32,000 nt of DNA from Candidatus Saccharimonadota bacterium (GTDB lineage: Bacteria; Patescibacteriota; Saccharimonadia; Saccharimonadales; Saccharimonadaceae). The notes beneath the pieces were generated by a model. It worked only from the letters and a program-made list of their open reading frames with translations. It was not told where the DNA came from and searched no databases. Position 1 is the stretch's first letter. Each line of letters starts with the position of its first letter. Of this stretch, positions 25,694 to 32,000 are shown in pieces. The translations under genes were made by a program, and so were the position numbers. Location: positions 270,001-302,000 of the forward strand of contig JBAQRV010000001.1 in NCBI GenBank assembly GCA_049296095.1. The letters are read 5' to 3'.

Positions 25694-27121
25694 ATGGCAT
25701 CAAAGCTCCCAACAGTTGCGATCATTGGCCAAGCGAACGTCGGTAAGAGTTCGCTTTTTAATCGTTTCTTAAAATCTCGCCAGGCGATTGTCGCCCGCGA
25801 GGCAGGTACTACGAGGGACAACGTCCTCGGGAAAATGCTCTACGAGGATCACCAATTCTGGCTGGTTGATACCGCTGGTCTAAAGGACCCTAACGACGAC
25901 TTTGAAGCCTCGATTCAAGAGCAAATTACAGAGGCGGCCGATACTGCTGATGTTATCCTCGTCGTCGTTGATGGCACCCAATATGTCAGTGATCAGGACC
26001 GCCTAGTTGCCAAGAAAGCCCTGAAGAGCAAAAAGCCCGTTATCCTCCTCATCAACAAGGTAGACCTGGCTGGTAGCATCGAAACCGATGAGTTTAAACG
26101 CCTCGGTATCAAAGAAATCATCCGCACCAGTGCCGAACACAATACTGGCATCCGAGAGACCCTCGACAAGGTCACAGAGCTAATTCCAGCCAAATCTGAG
26201 CGCCCAGAAGACGATATTCTGCGTGTTTCACTCATCGGCCGACCGAATGTTGGCAAGAGCTTCTTATTTAATACCATGGCTGGTAAACAGCAGGCGATTG
26301 TCGCCAATATCGCCGGTACCACCCGCGACGTCAACCGCGTGTCGATTAAATACAAAACTCAAGCCATCGAAATCCTCGACACCGCCGGGATGCGAAAACC
26401 TGGCAAACAAGAGGTCGGCATCGAGAAATTCTCAGTCCTGCGTTCACTCCAAGCGATCGAAGAAAGCGATATTTGTTTCCTTTTGATGGACGTCAATGAG
26501 ATCAATACCCAGCTGGACCAACGTTTGGCCGGTATTATCGATGAAGCAGGCAAAGGCCTGGTCATTGTCGTCAGCAAATGGGACATCGTCGAAGAAAAAG
26601 ATGAATTTACCCGCGACGCGATTGCGCCAAAGATCTCTCGAACTTTCGATTTTGTGCCATGGGCACCACTTATTTTTACCAGTAGCGTCACCGGTCAAAA
26701 CGTCACAAAATTATTCGACCTCGCCCTGGAAATCCAAGAACGACGTCGCCAAGAACTCAAGACTCGCAAGCTTAACGATCTTCTGCAAAAACTGGTCCAA
26801 AAACACCCGCCAGCAGGACTAAAGAATACCTTCCCGCGTCTTCGTTATATGGTTCAGACCGACTTTTCACCACCATGGTTCGTGATCTATGGCAGCAACC
26901 TGACCCACCTCCACTGGAGCTACAAACGCTACCTAGAGCGCGGTATGCGCGAGGAATTTGATTTCATCGGCACACCAATTAAGTTTAGCTTCCGCGACGA
27001 AAAGCAGATCAAGGCCAACAAAGAACGTATTGCTCAAGGCAAGGAACCAATTACCAAAAAATCTCGCTTGGAAAAATTGGAAAAAGAAAAACTCGCTCTG
27101 CAAAAGCTGAACGAGGAATAA
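25694..27121 (+). CDS. der: Ribosome-biogenesis GTPase Der (EngA)
   Basis: Two tandem G domains (GQANVGKSSLFN/DTAGL/NKVD and GRPNVGKSFLFN/DTAGM/SKWD) plus a KH-like C-terminus. Confidence 0.95.
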   Translation: MASKLPTVAIIGQANVGKSSLFNRFLKSRQAIVAREAGTTRDNVLGKMLYEDHQFWLVDTAGLKDPNDDFEASIQEQITEAADTADVILVVVDGTQYVSDQDRLVAKKALKSKKPVILLINKVDLAGSIETDEFKRLGIKEIIRTSAEHNTGIRETLDKVTELIPAKSERPEDDILRVSLIGRPNVGKSFLFNTMAGKQQAIVANIAGTTRDVNRVSIKYKTQAIEILDTAGMRKPGKQEVGIEKFSVLRSLQAIEESDICFLLMDVNEINTQLDQRLAGIIDEAGKGLVIVVSKWDIVEEKDEFTRDAIAPKISRTFDFVPWAPLIFTSSVTGQNVTKLFDLALEIQERRRQELKTRKLNDLLQKLVQKHPPAGLKNTFPRLRYMVQTDFSPPWFVIYGSNLTHLHWSYKRYLERGMREEFDFIGTPIKFSFRDEKQIKANKERIAQGKEPITKKSRLEKLEKEKLALQKLNEE

Positions 27122-27138
27122 GCATTAAAAGTGAGGGG

Positions 27139-27190
27139 CCGAGCGGAAGCTCGGGGAGGCCCAAAGGGCCGTCCCTTAGCTTCCGCTCGG
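27139..27190. terminator. Long GC-rich hairpin between convergent der and the small membrane gene
   Basis: A perfect 13-bp inverted repeat ccgagcggaagct (27139-27151) / agcttccgctcgg (27178-27190) encloses a second ggccc-aaa-gggcc stem. U-tracts are weak on both sides. The hairpin overlaps the last codons of 27176..27493. Confidence 0.45.
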
Positions 27191-27493
27191 ATTTGGATGA
27201 TGGTCGATCTGCCGACTCCTCTTGAGTTCCCCGACAAACAGACGCCAGAGAGTGAGAACCAGGACTGCCGACAGGACAGCGCCGAGTACGAAGACCAGCT
27301 GATCCGACATAGTCATACTAGCCAGATTCAGCACTGCGACGACCGGACCGAAAATACCGATCGCCACTGCAGTCCGAAAGGCCAGGTCGTCGCGGGTATA
27401 GTCCCCTCGACGCCGAGCAACCCAATTCTGACACAGAGCGGCAATCGTCGCCCCGAGTGCCATAATCACTCCGAGTAATCCAATAATCCACAT
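27176..27493 (-). CDS. Small hypothetical membrane protein (about 3 TM)
   Basis: MWIIGLLGVIMALGATIAALC...AVAIGIFGPVVAVLNLA...LVFVLGAVLSAVLVLTLW. Strong SD GAAGGAGGA lies 6 nt upstream, with the TGaTATAAT promoter further upstream. Confidence 0.7.
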   Translation of the reverse strand: MWIIGLLGVIMALGATIAALCQNWVARRRGDYTRDDLAFRTAVAIGIFGPVVAVLNLASMTMSDQLVFVLGAVLSAVLVLTLWRLFVGELKRSRQIDHHPNPSGS

Positions 27494-27534
27494 CTCGTTT
27501 CCTCCTTCGATGGTACAGCGAGGTGAATGTACAT

Positions 27535-27543
27535 ATTATATCA
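27535..27543 (-). promoter_or_regulatory. Extended -10 TGaTATAAT for the small membrane gene (leadered, SD GGAGGA at 27500-27505)
   Basis: Minus strand reads gTGaTATAATatgtacattcacctcgctgtaccatcGAAGGAGGAaacgagATG. Confidence 0.5.
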
Positions 27544-27579
27544 CACTTGGCCTTATTTATCAATCAACGACGAATGCGG

Positions 27580-27585
27580 TACAAT
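27580..27585 (+). promoter_or_regulatory. -10 TACAAT, 9 nt upstream of pth ATG
   Basis: gcggTACAATggtgacaagATG(27595). Confidence 0.4.
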
Positions 27586-27594
27586 GGTGACAAG

Positions 27595-28158
27595 ATGAAA
27601 CTTATCTTCGCCCAAGGCAACCCAGACCGTAAATACGCCAAAACCCGCCATAATACGGGCTTCTTAGTGCTCGATGCCTTCGCAGACAGGCATAGTGCCC
27701 TCTGGAAGGACAATGATAAGTTCAACGCCCGTGTGGCCGAACTCAACATCAACGGCGAAAAGGTCCTCCTCGTCAAACCCGCATCATTTTATAATGACAC
27801 CGGCCCAGTCGCCCGCAAGCTTATCGATTTTTATAAGTTAAACCCTGCAACTGATCTTTTGGTTATCCACGACGACCTTTCCTTGCCATTTGGCACTATC
27901 CGCCTCCGCGAAAGGGGAAGTGATGCTGGCAATAATGGTATAAAAAGCCTCAATACCTTCATTGGCGAGCATTATTCACGTGTTCGTATCGGTATCTGGA
28001 GCGAGCAACGCGACCAAATGGACGATGTCAGTTTCGTCCTCGGTAAATTCTCGGCCCACGAGACCAAGCGGCTCGAAAAAGATGCCATGCCAAAACTTAT
28101 CGAGATTATCGAAGATTTCATCGCCTCAAACGTCGAACACACCAGTCATAAGGTATAA
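27595..28158 (+). CDS. pth: Peptidyl-tRNA hydrolase
   Basis: MKLIFAQGNPDRKYAKTRHNTGF, HDDLSLPFGTIRLR, GNNGIKS. Start taken at M25 of the track ORF. Confidence 0.9.
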   Translation: MKLIFAQGNPDRKYAKTRHNTGFLVLDAFADRHSALWKDNDKFNARVAELNINGEKVLLVKPASFYNDTGPVARKLIDFYKLNPATDLLVIHDDLSLPFGTIRLRERGSDAGNNGIKSLNTFIGEHYSRVRIGIWSEQRDQMDDVSFVLGKFSAHETKRLEKDAMPKLIEIIEDFIASNVEHTSHKV

Positions 28159-28160
28159 AG

Positions 28161-28556
28161 AAAAACCCCCTCGGTTAAGAAGGAGTTAATCAGTCTGTTC
28201 TAACATAAAAAGGTGCCAGGTAAGGGTGGGCATCACCTGACACCATTTTACCCTTTAACCCACCCGGATGTCCTCAATGAAGCGTACGCGGTCCAATAGT
28301 ATATATGGTGCGCGCCTGATCTCCCCGAGGGGAGGTCACTACTGTATAGTCACTATAACGAGTACACCGTAAAACGGGTTGCCACCTCTGAAAGAGGCAG
28401 TGTTAAAGGGATTAGTATACACACAAAGCTTTCGTCCGAAAACGGCCGACAAGATGGAGGGTAGTTACCTTGACGACACCGTGTGTGCAACCTAACATTA
28501 AAGTTAGAATAGGGGGTATAAGGTGCTTGGTTGATCTCGCAGATGCAACCAATCAT
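28161..28556 (-). ncRNA. Candidate structured non-coding RNA of unknown class (about 350-395 nt). An alternative reading is a 67-68 aa Cys-rich ORF plus a structured 3' region.
   Basis: The 460-nt gap between pth and dprA has a near-consensus minus-strand promoter. At least six hairpins are present. Five G-U wobble positions pair on the minus strand but are A-C mismatches on the plus strand, in stems 28382-28400, 28212-28244 and 28166-28185. Two hairpin plus U-tract terminators lie at 28205-28244 and 28161-28185. Confidence 0.5.
28205..28244. terminator. 10-bp stem-loop with flanking T/A tracts. Candidate bidirectional terminator for pth and the minus-strand RNA.
   Basis: Minus strand: ggtgtcaggt-13 nt loop-acctggcacc followed by TTTTTAT. 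Plus strand: the same stem (with one C-A mismatch) followed by ATTTTA. Confidence 0.5.
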
Positions 28557-28561
28557 CACGC

Positions 28562-28590
28562 ATTTTAGCAGGTCTTTGACATTATGTCAA
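28562..28590 (-). promoter_or_regulatory. Near-consensus promoter TTGACA-17 nt-TGcTAAAAT on the minus strand
   Basis: Minus strand reads TTGACAtaatgtcaaagaccTGcTAAAATgcgtgATG... The -35 box is half of the palindrome TTGACATTATGTCAA. Confidence 0.6.
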
Positions 28591-28618
28591 TACTTAATTC
28601 AGGATGGACATATTTTAG

Positions 28619-29476
28619 GTGGAAATCAAGCATCTCAATCCAAAGGGTCACAGCTTTCTTCGGCCACTGTTACAGCTTGCAAAACCGCCGAAAGCATTAT
28701 ATCTTAAAGGCTCCCTGCCGACGACGCGTAAAACTGTGGTCGCCATAGTTGGATCTAGGAAGCCTACCTCTTATGGTAAAGAGGTGACCTTTGATTTAGC
28801 TTATAGCTTGGCTAAAAGAGGAGTGGTCATCGTGAGCGGCCTGGCATTTGGGGTGGACGCAATTGCTCACCGAGGAGCGCTCGAAGCAGGCGGAACGACT
28901 ATTGCTATACTGCCCGGTGGACTCGAGAGCATTTACCCAGCCGCGCATCAAAAGCTCGCTGAGGAGATTGTAGAGAAGGGAGGTGCCCTTCTCAGCGAAT
29001 ACGAGTCAGGAAAGCCTCAAAAGTATCAATTCCTCGCCCGCAACCGCATTATTAGCGGCCTAGCAGATGCGATTGTGATTACGGAGGCAGGTGAGAGGAG
29101 CGGCACACTTTCAACCACCAATCACGCGCTCGATCAGAATAAGGAAGTGTTTGCAGTTCCAGGTAATATTACGAGCCTATTGTCTATCGGGCCAAATCGC
29201 CTGATTCAGCAGGGGGCGCACCCAGTCCTCGGTGCTGATGACATCCTCGAGGTTATTGCGCCTCATTTATTACAACCTCAAACTTCATTCCCATTAGGGT
29301 CGAACCCTGCGGAAACAAAGATCATCAAGCTCTTACAGCAAGGGACGCGCAGCAATGACGAACTCCAGCAACAGTCCAGATTAAGTACCAGCGAGTTCGC
29401 CAGCACTTTAACTATGCTTGAGATAAACAAGGTTATCAGATCGTCTGGTAGCAATCAGTGGATGCTTATGGAATGA
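28619..29476 (+). CDS. dprA: DNA-processing protein DprA (Smf)
   Basis: VAIVGSRKPTSYG, SGLAFGVDAIAHRGAL, RNRIISGLADAIVITEAGERSGTLSTTNHALDQNKEVFAVPG. GTG start, TGA stop. Confidence 0.85.
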   Translation: MEIKHLNPKGHSFLRPLLQLAKPPKALYLKGSLPTTRKTVVAIVGSRKPTSYGKEVTFDLAYSLAKRGVVIVSGLAFGVDAIAHRGALEAGGTTIAILPGGLESIYPAAHQKLAEEIVEKGGALLSEYESGKPQKYQFLARNRIISGLADAIVITEAGERSGTLSTTNHALDQNKEVFAVPGNITSLLSIGPNRLIQQGAHPVLGADDILEVIAPHLLQPQTSFPLGSNPAETKIIKLLQQGTRSNDELQQQSRLSTSEFASTLTMLEINKVIRSSGSNQWMLME

Positions 29477-29593
29477 AGAAGAATTTAAGATCTCTTGTCT
29501 ATACTTTTTGTATCGACTTTCTTTACATTCCTCATCAAGTTGTGTAAAGTCAGCCGTTGTGTTTAGCTGGTTTAGCGAACATAAGCAATATAT

Positions 29594-31906
29594 ATGGCAA
29601 AAAACTTAGTAATCGTCGAGTCCCCGGCAAAAGCCAAAACCATCGAGAAATACCTCGGTAGTGATTTTACTGTGCTTTCAAGTGTCGGACATATTCGTTC
29701 AATCGCCAAAAAGACAAAGACTGGCACACCACCAATCGACGTCAAAAATGGCTTTGAAACCACCTACGAAGTTGATCCTGATAAGAAAAAGACCATTACT
29801 GAACTGAAAAAGGCTGTCAAAGTCGCCGAGCAAGTCTGGCTGGCAACTGATGAAGACCGAGAAGGGGAGGCGATTGCCTGGCATCTTTGCGAGGTCCTCG
29901 GTCTTGATCCTAAGACCACCAAGCGTATTGTTTTCCACGAGATCACCAAATCTGCCATCGAAGAAGCCGTCAAGAACCCCCGCACTGTCGATATGCAATT
30001 AGTCCAAGCCCAACAAGCCCGTCAAATCCTTGACCGCCTGGTTGGTTTTGAACTCTCGCCAGTGGTCTGGCAAAAGGTACCTGGTGGTAAATCTGCCGGA
30101 CGTGTCCAATCGCCAGCCGTCCGCCTTCTCGTCGAACGTGAACGTGAAATCGACGCCTTTGAAGGCTCATTCCAGTTTAAGATTACCGCCGAATTCGAAC
30201 ACGACGGCCAGGCCGTCAAAGCTGAACTTCCAAAGAAATTTGATACCGAAGAGGAAGCGACTAAGTTCCTTGACTCATTAAAAGACGCGACCTTCAGGGT
30301 CAGCGACGTCACCACCAGCCCAGCCACTCGCAATCCAGGCGCACCATTCACCACCAGCACCCTCCAGCAGGAAGCTAACTCAAAGTTAGGCTTTGGGGCT
30401 CGTGCAACCATGTCCAGCGCCCAGAAGCTCTATCAAGAAGGTAAGATCACCTATATGCGTACCGACTCGGTCAACTTGAGCGGGCAGGCAATCGCTGCGG
30501 CTAAAGACTTTATTACCAGCAAGTTTGGACCAGAATATTCTCAAGTTCGACAATTCAAAACGAAATCATCCAGCGCACAGGAAGCCCACGAAGCGATTCG
30601 CCCAACCGACATGTCTCTCGAAAAGGGAAGTGGTAGTGAATATGACCAAAAGATCTATAACCTGATTCGTACTCGAGCTCTCGCCAGCCAAATGGCACCA
30701 GCAAAACTCGAACGCACCACTGTGACAATCGATATCAGCACTGCGAAAGAAACATTCGAGGCCAAAGGAGAAGTAATTATCTTCCCTGGATTCCTCAAAG
30801 TCTACGGCGCCAGCAAGAAGGATCCAGAAATCCTCCCAGCTATGAAAGCAAACGACGAATTGGCCCTCCGCGAGGCCAGCGCCCGCCAAACCTTTGCCCG
30901 TCCGCCAGCCCGCTACACTGAAGGTAGCCTGGTCAAGAAACTCGAAGAGCTCGGTATTGGCCGTCCTTCAACCTATGCGACTATTATTGGCACGATTCAA
31001 GCGCGCGACTATGCAGTCAAGGGTGACGGTGAAGGTAAGGAGCGTGACGTTATTACCTTAACTATCCACCCTCACCAAGAGGTAGCAAGAGAAATTGTCC
31101 AAGAAAAAACCGGCTCAGACAAAGGCAAACTCGTCCCAACCGCTATTGGCCACATGATTAGCGATTTCTTAACTGACCACTTTGAACCAGTTGTTGATTA
31201 TGGCTTTACCGCCTCAGTCGAAGAGGACTTTGACAAAATCGCCACTGGCGCCCTGGCTCGCAACGTCATGCTCGAAAAATTCTACGAACCATTTCACAAA
31301 CTCGTCGAAGGATCGGGTGGTATCGACCGCTCAACCGTCGCTAAATCAACCGAAATTGGTATTGATCCTAAATCTGGCAAGCCAATCTCAGCTCGCTTCG
31401 GCCGTTTTGGACCAATGTTGCAATTGGGTGATCCTGAAAATAAGGAAGAGAAACTGCAATTCGCCCCAATGCCAGCCGGTGCACGTATTGAAACGGTTAC
31501 TCTTGAACAAGCCCTGAAAGCCTTCGAGCTTCCTCGCGTGGTTGGTACTACCGAGGACGGCAAAGAAATCAAAGCCAATATTGGTCGTTTTGGACCGTAT
31601 ATCCAGGTCGATAAACTCTTTGTTAGTATTAAACCGCTCGATCCACACACCATCACCGAGAAGGAAGCTCTCGATCTCTATGCTGCAAAATTAAAATCTG
31701 AAGCAGAGAAGAACATCTCTGATTTCGGCGACGGCATCAAAGTCCTTAATGGCCGCTACGGCCCATACATCACTGACGGCAAAAAGAATGCCAAGATCCC
31801 AAAGGACCAAAAGCCAGAAGAAATTACCCATGACGAAGCGAAAAAACTCTTAGCTGAAGCTCCCGCTACCAAGAAACGCTCATTCACACGCCGAAAAAAA
31901 GCGTAA
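29594..31906 (+). CDS. topA: DNA topoisomerase I (type IA) with a cysteine-free repeat-type C-terminal domain and a lysine-rich tail
   Basis: TOPRIM LVIVESPAKAKTIEKYLG and ATDEDREGEAIAWH. Active-site Tyr in GKITYMRTDS. C-terminal repeats ARFGRFGPMLQ / ANIGRFGPYIQ / LNGRYGPYIT. The tail ends KKRSFTRRKKA. Confidence 0.95.
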   Translation: MAKNLVIVESPAKAKTIEKYLGSDFTVLSSVGHIRSIAKKTKTGTPPIDVKNGFETTYEVDPDKKKTITELKKAVKVAEQVWLATDEDREGEAIAWHLCEVLGLDPKTTKRIVFHEITKSAIEEAVKNPRTVDMQLVQAQQARQILDRLVGFELSPVVWQKVPGGKSAGRVQSPAVRLLVEREREIDAFEGSFQFKITAEFEHDGQAVKAELPKKFDTEEEATKFLDSLKDATFRVSDVTTSPATRNPGAPFTTSTLQQEANSKLGFGARATMSSAQKLYQEGKITYMRTDSVNLSGQAIAAAKDFITSKFGPEYSQVRQFKTKSSSAQEAHEAIRPTDMSLEKGSGSEYDQKIYNLIRTRALASQMAPAKLERTTVTIDISTAKETFEAKGEVIIFPGFLKVYGASKKDPEILPAMKANDELALREASARQTFARPPARYTEGSLVKKLEELGIGRPSTYATIIGTIQARDYAVKGDGEGKERDVITLTIHPHQEVAREIVQEKTGSDKGKLVPTAIGHMISDFLTDHFEPVVDYGFTASVEEDFDKIATGALARNVMLEKFYEPFHKLVEGSGGIDRSTVAKSTEIGIDPKSGKPISARFGRFGPMLQLGDPENKEEKLQFAPMPAGARIETVTLEQALKAFELPRVVGTTEDGKEIKANIGRFGPYIQVDKLFVSIKPLDPHTITEKEALDLYAAKLKSEAEKNISDFGDGIKVLNGRYGPYITDGKKNAKIPKDQKPEEITHDEAKKLLAEAPATKKRSFTRRKKA

Positions 31907-31947
31907 AGTTTCATAATTAGTTAATCATTTAATGTTTAACTAGGTAT

Positions 31948-32000
31948 ATGGACGAGAAGCAATTCACCGAACTCAAACAATTCTTCACCTCAACGTTAAG
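31948..32000 (+). CDS. Possible 5' end of a further gene (open to the window edge)
   Basis: ATG at 31948, then MDEKQFTELKQFFTSTL with no stop before the window ends. Too short to evaluate. Confidence 0.25.
   Translation, partial: MDEKQFTELKQFFTSTL

Noticed and set aside
27131-27478. 115-aa plus-strand ORF (MRGRAEARGGPKGRP...).
   Set aside because: It is antisense to the better-supported membrane-protein gene, which has a promoter, a strong SD and coherent TM segments. It has a GTG start without an SD and Arg/Pro-rich composition typical of antisense GC-rich sequence.
4053-27594. N-terminal extensions in the track: 4053 (GTG), 6339 (GTG), 7824, 10857 and 27523.
   Set aside because: The extensions overlap upstream genes, a tRNA flank or the genes' own -10 boxes, and add non-conserved residues ahead of canonical family N-termini (MKLYSWNVNG, MKLIFAQGNP, MKFLFDARY). 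Internal ATGs at 4077, 6363, 7920, 10893 and 27595 are preferred.
28353-28559. 68-aa Cys-rich ORF (MMIGCICEINQAPYTPY...) starting right at the predicted TSS of the minus-strand promoter.
   Set aside because: It is not excluded, because its ATG at 28556 is 5 nt from the -10 box, leaderless-style. However, its composition is atypical, it has no recognisable family, and the region is dense in hairpins with wobble pairs. It is therefore treated as the secondary interpretation of the ncRNA locus.
28161-28560. Assignment of the pth-dprA spacer RNA to RNase P RNA, tmRNA, SRP RNA or 6S RNA.
   Set aside because: Plus-strand stretches recall RNase P motifs: GGUGCCAGGUAA, AGGUAAGGGUG, AACCCACCCGGA and GGGUAGnnnnCUUGA. 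Minus-strand stretches also do: GGGUUAAAGGGUA, GGAGAUCAGG and ACAGACUGAUUA. Neither strand has the invariant GGAAAGUCC / ACAGAAcCCGGCUUA P4 pair. No GGUUCGAnUCC...CCA tRNA-like end or tag ORF ending in Ala-Ala is present, and no SRP GGAA/AGCA helix-8 motif. The locus is left unclassified pending a covariance-model search.
29561-29576. Direct repeat gtttagc-tg-gtttagc upstream of topA, and the 7-bp inverted repeat ctttaca/tgtaaag at 29521-29549.
   Set aside because: These are very short elements with plausible chance occurrence, and no clear promoter could be placed relative to them.
1-32000. Alternative genetic code (UGA read as Gly, as in some CPR lineages).
   Set aside because: TGA terminates dprA at 29474-29476 at the expected protein length, and all family-assignable genes are intact under the standard code.
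1-32000. CRISPR arrays, transposases, integrases, prophage genes and rRNA.
   Set aside because: No regularly spaced direct repeats were seen. No ORF carries DDE, tyrosine/serine recombinase or capsid/terminase-like motifs, and no rRNA-like sequence was recognised.

Overview
Gene-dense 32-kb chromosomal window that looks like a small Patescibacteria/CPR genome, most likely Candidatus Saccharibacteria (TM7). This is an inference from gene content and protein style, not a search result. The standard genetic code applies: TGA is used as a stop at 29474-29476. I support about 30 protein genes, 2 tRNAs (Leu-CAA, Glu-CTC), one candidate structured ncRNA and a recurring promoter architecture. Housekeeping genes are a glutaredoxin-like protein, an alpha/beta hydrolase, two GT4 glycosyltransferases, smpB, xth, a NUDIX hydrolase, a GMK-like kinase, a YjeF_C-like protein, gltX, a pseudouridine synthase, der, pth, dprA and topA. 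An envelope cluster holds a sortase, a PEGA protein, and DUF4367-like and DUF3048 proteins. There are two histidine-kinase/response-regulator pairs whose regulators have no output domain. The main discovery is absent from the supplied ORF track. The minus strand is open for 1,317 codons from ATG 3952 to the left window edge, which I checked codon by codon. It encodes a giant prepilin/PilX-like surface protein built from two polyglycine-rich modules. One module is split by a fibrinogen-C-like (YCDM..GGGW) domain, and two beta-sandwich repeats lie between the modules. The poly-Pro/Ala ORFs that the track lists at 35-3773 are antisense artefacts of this gene. Other points worth a second look: (i) TGnTAyAAT extended -10 boxes sit only 6-12 nt upstream of many ATGs, implying leaderless or near-leaderless mRNAs; (ii) a 460-nt gene-free gap between pth and dprA carries a near-consensus minus-strand promoter, hairpins with G-U evidence for minus-strand transcription and U-tract terminators; (iii) proline-rich tails occur on a kinase and its receiver-only regulator; (iv) after tRNA-Glu, two orphan ORFs lie in the same frame separated by a single TAA. 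No CRISPR array, transposase, integrase or rRNA was seen.
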